Of a stretch of DNA of 19,901 nt, positions 8,113 through 17,483 are shown one piece after another. This DNA is from a virus. Position numbers and translations under genes: made by a program. The DNA lies in IMG/VR virus record IMGVR_UViG_3300021961_009763; one strand, given 5' to 3'. The notes beneath the pieces were generated by a model. The model was not told the origin of the DNA. It did not search any database and saw nothing but the letters and a program-made list of their open reading frames with translations. Numbering within the stretch: the stretch's first letter is position 1; each line of letters begins with the position of its first letter.

Positions 8113-9535
8113 TTACCTTAAATACTTTTTCCTTTGAATTAAATATATGCCAACACAAATTAAACCAAATCCTATAATTAAAGTATTATATGAGTTTGAT
8201 CCAGTTGATGGTAGCGGTCCATGATCATGTTTGCTGTGATCATGTAATGTAGTAGTTGTTTCTGCTGGTGGGACAAAAGCTTGTTGAGCTGTTGTTGTAG
8301 TCTGCTCAACGGTTGTTACTGGAGCCTGTGTAGTAATAGGCAGGCTAGTTGTGGCTGGAGCAGGTGGCAGCGTGGTGCTCGGAGCTGGTTCTGTTGTAGT
8401 TGTAGTGGGTGGCTCAATTGTAGTAGTTGTGGGAGCAGCTGTAGTTGTAGTTGGTGGATTCCAAGTCACCGTAGAGGAAACGGTTTTAGCTACACCATTT
8501 ACTGTCGCCGTTGCCGTGTAAGTAGCGGTGCCAGTAGAATTTGTTCTGACAGTTATTGTGGCAATACCTGATGAATTGGTGGTAGCGCTAAATGTCTGAC
8601 CAGCATCTGGCCCAGCACTAACGGTGACCGTTACGGTTACCCCAGCTTGTGCAACTCCGGCTAGAGTTTGTGCTGTAGCTGTAATGGTAAGATCTTCTCC
8701 TGCTCTTGGAGATGCAGGGCTAATTGCCAAAGTAAAAGAGCTTGGTAAACTAACACTTCCTCCACCTATAGATACAGCCTTTCTTGTGTCTGAGGGAGTT
8801 GGGTAAGGATAATTAACAAGAACTTTAAGTGTTCCAATGTTTCCAGTAAAATAACCATGCCAACATGCAGCAACCATTGTATTAGTTAAACTAAAATCAG
8901 AAGTTCCATCTGTGGTAGCTTCTGGACCACCATTGCAGCCACCATTATTGTATACGGCACTGGGTAGCAATGCAGTTAGCCAACCATAGGTCCCCATATT
9001 AGCAAATAAACCACCACCAGAATTAACGAAGTCCGCTATAACCTCGGCGTTTAAAGTAAATATAGATTCTACTGTAGATGGACGATTCCAGTTATCTGGT
9101 ATCCATATAACAGCTGGCTTTATAGTATTTATATTTGTAAAGAAGTTTGTTACCTGAGCTGCAGTATTATAAAAATTAACTGTTGGCGCAGTTGTAAATT
9201 GACCCAAATACTTTGTGGTCAAAAGGGTATTCCAGTTACCACCGCAAGAGTTTGAAGCTCCATTGGCACCTAGGACAGCAATGCTTCCATCGTTAATGTT
9301 TGATGCTCCATCGTGTGTCTTTTTTAGAACTTGAGCAATATAACCCCAAGTACCTTCAAAGCCAGAGTGACAGACTGGGTCCATACCGTCAAGAACAATG
9401 GGCCCACCGCCGTGTGGTAGCACTAGCCTTCTGTCCAGATATTAAATATTCTGTTGCAGTATTAGAACCAAAAGGAATTGATCCAGCAACCAACAAAAGT
9501 CCAAGCGCCATTAATAAACGGCCAAAATTCTTCAT
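8113..9535 (-). CDS. secreted, cell-wall-anchored-like protein with Ig-like region, Thr/Pro-rich linker and LPSTG C-terminus; split by one CGGN site
   Basis: ATG at 9535 preceded by GAGGGG and encoding a signal peptide. Joined reading: MKNFGRLLMALGLLLVAGSIPFGSNTATEYLISGQKASATT-[G]-GGPIVLDGMDPVCHSGFEGTWGYI... to ...LPSTGSNSYNTLIIGFGLICVGIYLIQRKKYLR*. Length 1423 nt = 3n+1. Confidence 0.85.
9409..9412 (-). other. four-base codon / +1 recoding site CGGC
   Basis: AGT GCT ACC ACA [CGGC] GGT GGG CCC ATT. Triplet reading gives RRWAHCS*. Confidence 0.85.
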
Positions 9536-9547
9536 TTAATTTTCCCC

Positions 9548-12500
9548 TCACTCATCGTTTTGCAGCATTGCATTTAGGTAGTGGACGGCAAATGCAATAC
9601 TAGTAGCTATAACAGTGACCTTTCTGGTATCTCCAGAAAGAGTGGCAAACACTATTACAGTACCTGATATAGTAAAGGCAAGAGCTGCTGTTTCCTTTGC
9701 AAATTTTTTGATAAAGCCCAGAGGACTAAATCTCTTTTCCATGGTTCCCTCCGTGTATTTAAATATGCTATTGCGAGTAAAATTACCCTTTTCTTTGTCT
9801 CCATCGGGTCCTTCGATTTCCGGAGCTTCGTCCTCATCTTCTGACCCCTCTTCTTCTTCTTCCTTCCTTGCGGCATTATTATTTCCTCCTGTTGGTCCAT
9901 CTCCTGAACCACTAGGTGATGGTCCACTTGGTCTTGGTCCTCCGCCAGAAGATGGTCTAGGACCGCCACTTGCTGCTATAGCAGCTGTTGCACTAGCTAA
10001 CGCTGTAGTAGCAGCCAATAAGGTTCTTCTAGTTCCTACGTCAACATTAGAGCCAACGGGAACATAATCATCTAGACCATCTGCATAAACATTTATTGTT
10101 TCTTCAAAAGCGTTTTTGATTTCTTCTGGAGCATTTGTCACAGCCTCAACAAGGGCAGCCTCTTCTTCTTGGGTCAATTCTCCGACAGGAATCTCAGCAA
10201 AGATATCTGCAGCTTGGTCTCCGTCAATACTTGCCAAGACCTTGTCGCTGGTAGCGAGTTCTGTAGCTTGGTCTTCGGTGACACCATTTTCTAATATATT
10301 GTCAACAGCATCAGCAACCTGATCCTCACTAATATTATCTGATTCCAATATGTCTACGACTTTAGCAAATTGTTCATCGGTAAGAGGAGAGTCCAAGACT
10401 GCATCAATTACCTCAGCAAATTTTTCGTCAGACAATGGCTCAGCAAACACTGCATCCAAAGCTGCACTTAATTCTTCAGTCGAAAGATCGTCGGCAAACA
10501 CAGAGTTAACAACAGCAGCAAATTCTTCACTATTCATAGGTCCATCAAAAAGAGATGTGACTAATGCTGCAATTTCTTCTGGCGAGTCTGCATTTTCTAT
10601 GGCGTCTGTTACTGCTGCACCGAGCTCATCTGCGTTGTCTGTATTATTAAATATATCAGTAACTGTTTCATCGGCTGAAGTTTGGGTATCTACTGGAGCA
10701 CTTATTTCTGAAATTGTTTCATTTGGTAGGTCCTCTGGCTCAGGAACTGCTACTGGATCTGTATCTATTTCTGGAGTAGAAACTGGTGTTGAATCTAGTT
10801 CAGGAATTGAAACAGTAGTATTTTCTGGTTCAGGAGTAGAAACTGGAGTCAAATCTAGTTCAGGAGTTGTTACAGTAGTATTTTCTGGTTCAGGGGTTGA
10901 AACTGGGGTTGGATCCAGCTCAGGAATTGAGACAGTAGTATTTTCTGTTGGAATAGTTTCAACAGGAGGAGGGACAACCGATGGCTCAGTTGTAGTTGTT
11001 TCTGGTTCTGTAGTAGTAGTTTCTGGTACCGTGGTTGTGGTAGTCGTGGTTGTGGTTGTTGTTGGAACAGTATTGGAATTTTGAATGAACTGCGTATCAG
11101 TGCTGTACGGGGTAGCAGTAGCGGTTACGTTTGATGAGCTGTTCCAATAAGAATATTGAATCCATATTCCATTTTCATCCCATGTATTATTAGAAACAGT
11201 TGACCAACCTTGGTATCTTTGGCCGTTGTTGTACCCATCGTCAAGATAAATTGATGTGCCATTGTTGGTAAAAGTATTTCCTGTAATAAGTCTATTGTCG
11301 GTTCCCATATTGAAAGACGTAGGGATCCAGGCATTATGGTAGACAGCTACAGTATTTGTATTGAATATTGAATTGTAAATCTGAGTCCTATTTAGACCAG
11401 TAACATTTGCACCGTATGAGTTGCTAGTGAATGTAGAGTTTTCAATTTTTGTGAATCTATAGTTATTTATACCAGCCCAGTTATTGCTAAATGTTCCACC
11501 ATTTACGTATGTTCTATTCTGAAAACCAGAATCGGCATAACTGCTCCAACTTGTAGTTCCAGCTGGTAAAGATGGGGTTGAACCATAGTCTCCAGCAATT
11601 CCTATGGAAAGATTGTCAAATGTACAATCTGTATAAGTAGCTACTGCTCCACCATTATTATTAAATACTGCGCTACCACCAGTCATACTGGTAAACCTAA
11701 TATTGGAAGCTACAACAGTGCCTCTGTTGTTATAAATTAATCCACCATTTGTATTTTGACCCCTCTTAAGAGTCATATTGGACAAGGTTAAACTTATTCC
11801 TGCATTAACCATAAATGGTCTGTAGGCACCTATTCCATCAATGATTATGACATTCTGTCCCAATCCAGTTATTGTTAAATTTTGGGATATTGCAGGGAGG
11901 GCTGAACCTAGAGTTATTGTTCCGGAAAGACCGCTGGCAAATGTGATGCTGTCATTAATTCCACCACTAGCTGCATTTGCTTGAGTTATTGCCCATCTTA
12001 AAGTACCTTCGCTAGAAGTATCATCTAAAGAATTTACAACTAAAGAAGTTGGTGCAGCAGTAATGCAAGGCAGTGCTCCAGAGCCACCAGAACAAACCTG
12101 CCAACCAAGACTTGATGTCCAATTAGTATTTCCTTGGGCAAATTCTTTATTTGACAATAACTCAATATTGTCATCAAACTTTAGTGAAGCACTTTCGACT
12201 CTGGTTCCATAATTGCCCGCCCAAAATTCTCCATCGCTACCAATAATAAAAGCATTTATACTATCAATTTGATTCCATCCACTGCCAACATCGGAAGAGT
12301 TGATAGTTAAAGAATAATCGGTAAATGTTGTGGTATCAATTTGAGTAGTGCCAGTTGAATGCTGGTAGATTAAGCCACCACCAGCACCATACAAAGCGAT
12401 GCCTATGTTTAGCTGATCACTAGAAGCTTTCCAGTCTTGAGTTTCAGCAGCGGAAACCGTAAAAGTAATAGATGTTTTGTTTGAGACATCAACAGAATTA

Positions 12501-12646
12501 ACTGTTTGACTTATTGTTGCTTCCTGCCATGCAAATGTGACAATATTATTATCAACAGCTTGAGCTTCTTCCTGAAAAGAAGTAGCAACTATGGGCACAG
12601 CAAATAAAAAAAATAGGATCCAGGATCCCTTGAATTTTCTTTTCAT
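9548..12646 (-). CDS. large secreted beta-helix-like protein with Thr/Pro-rich linker, repeated acidic helical units and C-terminal hydrophobic segment
   Basis: 1032 aa. N-terminal signal-like region; LVVNSLDDTSSEGTLRWAITQANAASGG and parallel beta-helix-like repeats; TTTTTTTTTTVPETTTTEPE; (EEFAAVVNSVFADDLS)-type repeats; LAFTISGTVIVFATL near the C-terminus. No in-frame CGG found. Confidence 0.85.
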   Translation of the reverse strand: MKRKFKGSWILFFLFAVPIVATSFQEEAQAVDNNIVTFAWQEATISQTVNSVDVSNKTSITFTVSAAETQDWKASSDQLNIGIALYGAGGGLIYQHSTGTTQIDTTTFTDYSLTINSSDVGSGWNQIDSINAFIIGSDGEFWAGNYGTRVESASLKFDDNIELLSNKEFAQGNTNWTSSLGWQVCSGGSGALPCITAAPTSLVVNSLDDTSSEGTLRWAITQANAASGGINDSITFASGLSGTITLGSALPAISQNLTITGLGQNVIIIDGIGAYRPFMVNAGISLTLSNMTLKRGQNTNGGLIYNNRGTVVASNIRFTSMTGGSAVFNNNGGAVATYTDCTFDNLSIGIAGDYGSTPSLPAGTTSWSSYADSGFQNRTYVNGGTFSNNWAGINNYRFTKIENSTFTSNSYGANVTGLNRTQIYNSIFNTNTVAVYHNAWIPTSFNMGTDNRLITGNTFTNNGTSIYLDDGYNNGQRYQGWSTVSNNTWDENGIWIQYSYWNSSSNVTATATPYSTDTQFIQNSNTVPTTTTTTTTTTTVPETTTTEPETTTTEPSVVPPPVETIPTENTTVSIPELDPTPVSTPEPENTTVTTPELDLTPVSTPEPENTTVSIPELDSTPVSTPEIDTDPVAVPEPEDLPNETISEISAPVDTQTSADETVTDIFNNTDNADELGAAVTDAIENADSPEEIAALVTSLFDGPMNSEEFAAVVNSVFADDLSTEELSAALDAVFAEPLSDEKFAEVIDAVLDSPLTDEQFAKVVDILESDNISEDQVADAVDNILENGVTEDQATELATSDKVLASIDGDQAADIFAEIPVGELTQEEEAALVEAVTNAPEEIKNAFEETINVYADGLDDYVPVGSNVDVGTRRTLLAATTALASATAAIAASGGPRPSSGGGPRPSGPSPSGSGDGPTGGNNNAARKEEEEEGSEDEDEAPEIEGPDGDKEKGNFTRNSIFKYTEGTMEKRFSPLGFIKKFAKETAALAFTISGTVIVFATLSGDTRKVTVIATSIAFAVHYLNAMLQNDE
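10200..10660 (-). repeat. degenerate approximately 20-aa acidic helical repeats
   Basis: MNSEEFAAVVNSVFADD / LSTEELSAALDAVFAEP / LSDEKFAEVIDAVLDSP / LTDEQFAKVVDILESDN / ISEDQVADAVDNILENG. Confidence 0.75.
10740..10965 (-). repeat. about 60-bp tandem repeat encoding ENTTVxxPELDxTPVSTPEP
   Basis: Successive 20-aa units: ENTTVSIPELDPTPVSTPEP / ENTTVTTPELDLTPVSTPEP / ENTTVSIPELDSTPVSTPE. Confidence 0.85.
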
Positions 12647-12766
12647 TTATCCCTCCGGTGGTACATTTATAGTAATCACCGAAGAAAAAAAAGCGGCCAT
12701 AAAAGGGGTCAACCCCAGTGAATTTCTCCACTGGGGTTGAGCGCGGCCTCCGTGAGACTAATTATA

Positions 12767-13547
12767 TCAGTCAATATCTAGAATTGCAAATACTTTCTCG
12801 CCTGCAATGGTATCATTTTTTAGACCATTGACTCCCTTGAGCTTGCGCACTGCTTCTCCAGTTGCTGCGTCATAAGTTCCAGTTGCCTCACCAGCATAAA
12901 AGCCAGCTTTCTTAAGAGCAGCTTGTAGTCTCTTGACATCTTCACCAGTTGCACCAACGTCTAGCTTTTGTCTCATTGGAACCTCTGCAATTTCTCCAGC
13001 TTCTGGAGCTCCACCTGCAAATGCTGCTGGCTCTTTATCTCCAAGACAATATTGCCAGTGCCATGCCTCATATTCTGGATTTGGCTTTCCATTTTTTGTT
13101 GGTGCACCTTGTAGGTAAAAACCATACTTGGGAGCGTTTTCACACATCCACTTATATCTTTTTGCATCCTGCATATTGAGGTCAATAGCTAATCCGAAGA
13201 CCATGATTTGATGTTCCAGGAGTACCAGATGGACTCATTCCCTCTTTAAGGTACCAGACCTTATTGTTATATTTGCGGGTAATTTCTGGGTTACGCTTTG
13301 TTTTCTTGTCGTCGTATCGCGACATAAACATTGAAAGCTGTGCTTCAAATGGACGATAATCGCCAATATTCTGGAGCTTATGCCCTGCTTTAGCAGCTTC
13401 ATCATAAAGTGCATTAAAGGCTTTTGCTGCCTTGATCCACATTTGACCACCACATTTAACTTTAGCAAGCTGGTTTGGCTTTAGCTTGCCATTCTCTACA
13501 TTTTGTAGCTCTTTTGGTATAACCATTTTTTCTACTGGGTGTTCCAT
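12767..13547 (-). CDS. endolysin: M15/VanY-like LAS peptidase plus C-terminal peptidoglycan-binding domain, split by one CGGN site
   Basis: AGGAGA upstream of ATG 13547. Joined reading: ...NIGDYRPFEAQLSMF...GTPGTSNHGL-[G]-LAIDLNMQDAKRYKWMCENAPKYGFYL...EYEAWHWQYCLG...QKLDVGATGEDVKRLQAALKKAGFYAGEATGTYDAATGEAVRKLKGVNG... Length 781 nt = 3n+1. Confidence 0.93.
13193..13196 (-). other. four-base codon / +1 recoding site CGGA inside the endolysin active-site motif
   Basis: TCA AAT CAT GGT CTT [CGGA] TTA GCT ATT GAC = S N H G L G L A I D, matching SxHxxGxAxD. Triplet reading gives HGLRISY*. Confidence 0.92.
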
Positions 13548-13593
13548 TTACTCTCCTTGGAAACTAGGTAACTTAATATATATAGTAGTCCAA

Positions 13594-14340
13594 TTATATA
13601 CTTTTTTTTATGAGAGCTTCAGGATAAGTGTTATCTATTTCTTGATATTTTAATGGAAATCTATCAAATGGGTCAATCCCATACTTAATTCTATTCATTA
13701 TTGATTCATAAGATTTAAATTCATCTTTATCATACTCTGTATGAGCAAAAGATTCAATCTTATTCTTTATTTTATCTTCTTCTCCCAAGAAAGAAAAATG
13801 CCAGCCACCATCAGGTATTGTTGGCAAACTCATTGAGCGCAGCTCCTGGGGAGTTCTAGATTCAAGATGATTCTTTTTGCAAACTATAGGTCTAGCTCCT
13901 TGATTGCAATGGTCTGGAACCTGCCAATGATAATTCCAGAAATATTGCTTTACATCCAATCTTACTGGTACATTATTTATTTTTAAATTTTTTACTGTTT
14001 TAAAATTCCATATTTCATCGGCGTCTGAAATGATTATTAAGTCTTCATCATCAATGTGAATATTTTTTAAGGCCTCAGATATTGAATTTCTTTGAATATA
14101 TTCTCTATCCCAAGATGACAAATTTTTGTCTTTGAAATCTATTCTATATAAAAATATTTTGTCATACCATTTTGAAAAGACATCGATATCCTCATCAAAA
14201 TAATAAGGTTTATTTTTTCCAGTAAAAGTCTCGGATGCCTCGACAATAATAAAGTGATCTACATGATCACCCAATTCTTCTAGTCGTAATTTTAATATTT
14301 CTTTTTCATTGTAGTATGTAAAGCAATCAAATATTTTCAT
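13594..14340 (-). CDS. glycosyltransferase family 17-like protein
   Basis: MKIFDCFTYYNEKEILKLRLEELGDHVDHFIIVEASETFTGKNKP...DEDLIIISDADEIW...GGWHFSFLG: family-17 landmarks. Confidence 0.88.
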   Translation of the reverse strand: MKIFDCFTYYNEKEILKLRLEELGDHVDHFIIVEASETFTGKNKPYYFDEDIDVFSKWYDKIFLYRIDFKDKNLSSWDREYIQRNSISEALKNIHIDDEDLIIISDADEIWNFKTVKNLKINNVPVRLDVKQYFWNYHWQVPDHCNQGARPIVCKKNHLESRTPQELRSMSLPTIPDGGWHFSFLGEEDKIKNKIESFAHTEYDKDEFKSYESIMNRIKYGIDPFDRFPLKYQEIDNTYPEALIKKSI

Positions 14341-14794
14341 AAATAAATACTCTTTTATCTGAAAGCATTGAGTATTTTTTTGCTTCCATTTCCATTTTAT
14401 TATTACGATCTAAATATGATCCAATTGAAGAGGCCCAGCTTCCTGGATTAATTATCAAAGCATGACCACCATACTTAAGTATTCCTCTAATCTGCTCTGC
14501 AATATATATATTATCATCAAGAAATATTTTTGGATCATAATCTATAGATATAAATAGATCAGCATAATTATATCCCATGTATGGTCCATTAAATCCTATT
14601 TCCCAATAGGCTATCTCATCAAAATATTCTTTTTTAGATCTATCAGTATGGAGAATAAAGCTTCCCATAGAATGCTTGCTACTTCTCATGACTTCTCTTA
14701 ATGATGTTGAGTCATCAATATTGCCATACAAAACGATGTTATTTTTATGTTCAAATATATCCCTAATAATGTGACACAAAAAATCGTAGTTCAT
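14327..14794 (-). CDS. hypothetical protein, possibly methyltransferase-like
   Basis: MNYDFLCHIIRDIFEHKNNIVLYGNI...NIYIAEQIRGILKYGGHALIINPGSW. Start placed at the internal ATG 14794, right after the upstream stop. Confidence 0.6.
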   Translation of the reverse strand: MNYDFLCHIIRDIFEHKNNIVLYGNIDDSTSLREVMRSSKHSMGSFILHTDRSKKEYFDEIAYWEIGFNGPYMGYNYADLFISIDYDPKIFLDDNIYIAEQIRGILKYGGHALIINPGSWASSIGSYLDRNNKMEMEAKKYSMLSDKRVFIYENI

Positions 14795-14795
14795 T

Positions 14796-15332
14796 TTAAA
14801 CCGGCTTTCTAGCATCCACCTTTAACCATCCCCATTCATCACCTCTTTGAATATCAAGGATTTCAAAACCCATGTTTTTAAAATCATCTTCTAACATTCT
14901 ATGGGTTAATCCAACAAAGTGGAAATCAAAAGGATTAAGTTGTTCTGCAAAGAATATCTGTTGCATTCTTCTGTCACCTTCTAGGGAATCCCAATTCAAT
15001 ATCTGCTGACATGCTAATAAAAAGTCCGGAACTTCAATTCTAATCATTCCACCTGGCTTTACAATTCTGCACCATTCTTTAAGTACAGATTGATACTCTT
15101 TCCACGGAAAGTGTTCAAGGCATTCTGAGTTGTAAACTATGTCCGCATAGTTATCTGGCATGTTGAGTTTTCTTGCATCGCATACAACATCTACTGGTAC
15201 TTGCTTTTTGTTAACATGATCATACAATGGAGTTGGATCTATATCAACGTGTATCCAGTCTGGACCAAGGTATGTTCTTGTACCAATTACAACTTTAATT
15301 CCATCACCTTTAGGTATAGTTTCTAGTCTCAT
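14796..15332 (-). CDS. class I SAM-dependent methyltransferase
   Basis: MRLETIPKGDGIKVVIGTR...VPVDVVCDARKLNMPDNYADIVYNSECLEHFPWKEYQSVLKEWCRIVKPGGMIRIEVPDF. Confidence 0.85.
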   Translation of the reverse strand: MRLETIPKGDGIKVVIGTRTYLGPDWIHVDIDPTPLYDHVNKKQVPVDVVCDARKLNMPDNYADIVYNSECLEHFPWKEYQSVLKEWCRIVKPGGMIRIEVPDFLLACQQILNWDSLEGDRRMQQIFFAEQLNPFDFHFVGLTHRMLEDDFKNMGFEILDIQRGDEWGWLKVDARKPV

Positions 15333-15337
15333 TTTTC

Positions 15338-15889
15338 CTACGTTCTTAATGGCCAAACAGGCATCTTTGTAATATCTATCTCACCTAAAATTGGATTAGT
15401 ACTATCTCTCACTGAGAGGATTGGATCTTGCACTGACCATTTTGCATCAATCATTTTATCATTCCAAAGAACTCCAAGTTCGTCAGCTTGATTGTAATAA
15501 TTGTCTACCAAATAAGTTAAGATCATATCTGTGGTAGCAGAAAAGCCATGGGCAACTCCTGGTGGAATATATAATCCAAGATTATTATCTCCAGTTAAAT
15601 CTACAGAATATATTTCACCTTCTGTTGGGGAACCTATTCTCATATCATATAGAACTGCTCTAGCTTCGCCAAAAGGTACATACCAATAGTCAGACTGATG
15701 TAGATGGTAATGGAATCCAGCTAGGGCACCTGCAGATTTAGATGATCTATTTGTTTGTATTACTTCTCTTGCTCCTGGTATCCAATCTCTTCTATAAGAT
15801 TCGGTAAAGAAACCTCTGTCGTCACCAAATTTTTGTGGCTCTACTAAGAAAGCACCTTTGATATTTGTCTCTTGTACATTTGCACCCAT
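15338..15889 (-). CDS. rfbC: dTDP-4-dehydrorhamnose 3,5-epimerase-like cupin protein
   Basis: GAFLVEPQKFGDDRGFFTESYRRD...VIQTNRSSKSAGALAGFHYHLHQSDYWYVPFGEARAVLYDMRIGSPT...LYIPPGVAHGFSATTDMILTYLVDNYY: RmlC family hallmarks. Confidence 0.88.
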   Translation of the reverse strand: MGANVQETNIKGAFLVEPQKFGDDRGFFTESYRRDWIPGAREVIQTNRSSKSAGALAGFHYHLHQSDYWYVPFGEARAVLYDMRIGSPTEGEIYSVDLTGDNNLGLYIPPGVAHGFSATTDMILTYLVDNYYNQADELGVLWNDKMIDAKWSVQDPILSVRDSTNPILGEIDITKMPVWPLRT

Positions 15890-16749
15890 TAGATTATTCT
15901 TCCTCTATAAAGATTTTGCCATCTTGGAACCTTAATTAAATCTACTTCTCTACCCAGCGCTGCAACGTAAACAGTTTCTGGATTGTCATTTATACCCTGT
16001 AGTTCTGGCTGAAGCTGGTACCATTCCTCCATATATATAGCCGTCCAGTCTTCGAACCTAGTTACATTGGGACTGTGATAGGTAACACTTGGTCCAACAA
16101 AATACTTATTCCATTTGTTTACCCAATTTATGACACCATTATTTATTCTTTCTTGAGCAGCTGGGTTTCTAGTGCTGCTAGCATCATGAAATACAACAAC
16201 AGATGGATCAGCAACTATTCTCCAGCCACCGAGTCTTATTCTTGTTTGATAATCAACTTCTTCTTGATGACCTATTTCTGTATCAAATCCGCCTATCTCT
16301 TTATAGCGTTGTCTATTTAGAATCCAACAAAAGCCAACGCCCCACAATATCTCTAGGTATCTAGGTCTCTGTATTGGATAGGCTCCACTATTTGGAAATG
16401 CCATAGCTACTTCATGATTTGATTCAAGATAAGAAGCTAACTTTAGATCCCACCCTGGAGTTTGAATGTAGGCATCATTATCGATATAGGCAACATTATT
16501 TGTTTCTGCCCATTCAAGTATCTTATTGACAGCTCCTGGATACATTATATTCTCATTTAAGAACATTGGGATTACCCTACTGTCTTGAGCGGCGTGCTTC
16601 TCAATTACTAAACGAACCCCTTCATCAGGGGAGTTATTATCAACAACAAGAAGTCTCCAATCAGAATGGGAATTAAGCCTAATCATCTCTATGCAGTGAT
16701 CTAACTTATTGGGGTTATTGTAGCTGGCAATGCCCATATCTATTCTCAT
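15889..16749 (-). CDS. family 2 glycosyltransferase
   Basis: MRIDMGIASYNNPNKLDHCIEMIRLNSHSDWRLLVVDNNSPDE...NNVAYIDNDAYIQTPGWD...GGFDTEIGHQEEVDYQTRIRLGGWRIVADPSVVVFHD. Start at Met overlapping the upstream stop. Confidence 0.88.
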   Translation of the reverse strand: MRIDMGIASYNNPNKLDHCIEMIRLNSHSDWRLLVVDNNSPDEGVRLVIEKHAAQDSRVIPMFLNENIMYPGAVNKILEWAETNNVAYIDNDAYIQTPGWDLKLASYLESNHEVAMAFPNSGAYPIQRPRYLEILWGVGFCWILNRQRYKEIGGFDTEIGHQEEVDYQTRIRLGGWRIVADPSVVVFHDASSTRNPAAQERINNGVINWVNKWNKYFVGPSVTYHSPNVTRFEDWTAIYMEEWYQLQPELQGINDNPETVYVAALGREVDLIKVPRWQNLYRGRII

Positions 16750-17483
16750 GGCTTGATCCACCACTGGCCATTCTCGTGAAGAACAAAACCTATTTTTTGC
16801 ATTGTGGGAATCCATTCTGTTTCATATTTATTATTAATTGATAGGTGCATTGGTATTGAGTCTCCGTGCTCTGCATCACCAATACCAAAAGCATTTTGAG
16901 CTATAAAAGCACCGTTCTTTTTTAGGCATTTAAATACAGCCATGCACCATTCTTCGACATTAATAACATGTTCTAAGAAGTCAAGAGCTACGACTGCATC
17001 AAAATTATTTGTTCCCAATTTAGGAGTAAAGTTATCTGTAAATAAAGTTGATATTTTTAAATGAGGATTCTTGGCAAATCTAAACTGAGCGAAGTTTGCT
17101 GTTTTGCTATTTTCTAAATCATGATATGTAACATTGAGACCTTTATCAGCCATTGCTAAACTAAGGGTACCAATTCCATCTCCTATATTTAGGACATTTT
17201 TTCTATCAGTGTGAAATAGTCCAGAAGATATCCCTTCACACATTCCAGAGTAATTGAAGCCACTATCTAGATGATATGTAGATAGTTCCCAAATGTATGC
17301 TGTTGTGCTTCTATACCAATTGAGTAAAGACTCGGAATTACTTGTATCTATGTTATTGGATTTGAAATCGTCAGCAACCATTGCGTGGTTTGCGTGAAAA
17401 CCTAAAGACAAACGATGTTGAGCATCAGATTGTTTAATTCCAAGAAACTCTGCGATATGCGCAGACTGTATATCTAAATTCAT
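16746..17483 (-). CDS. class I SAM-dependent methyltransferase
   Basis: NVLNIGDGIGTLSLAMADKGLNVTYHDLENSKTANFAQFR...FDAVVALDFLEHVINVEEWCMAVFKCLKKNGAFIAQNAFG. 4-nt overlap with the upstream CDS. Confidence 0.82.
   Translation of the reverse strand: MNLDIQSAHIAEFLGIKQSDAQHRLSLGFHANHAMVADDFKSNNIDTSNSESLLNWYRSTTAYIWELSTYHLDSGFNYSGMCEGISSGLFHTDRKNVLNIGDGIGTLSLAMADKGLNVTYHDLENSKTANFAQFRFAKNPHLKISTLFTDNFTPKLGTNNFDAVVALDFLEHVINVEEWCMAVFKCLKKNGAFIAQNAFGIGDAEHGDSIPMHLSINNKYETEWIPTMQKIGFVLHENGQWWIKP

Noticed and set aside
9407-9409. Second CGG of the CGGCGG pair as a further frameshift site.
   Set aside because: After decoding the first CGGC the second is out of frame (GGT), and only one shift is needed to enter the long ORF.
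10350-11084. Long plus-strand Ser/Thr/Val-rich ORFs (9615-10067, 10350-11084).
   Set aside because: Antisense of the repetitive 9548-12646 CDS. Low complexity with no independent gene signals.
14801-14815. Apparent in-frame CGG in ORF 14327-14815 (MLESRFK), which would break the CGG rule.
   Set aside because: It lies upstream of the likely true start, ATG 14794, directly after the preceding gene's stop. In that preceding gene (GCT AGA AAG CCG GTT TAA) the CGG is out of frame.
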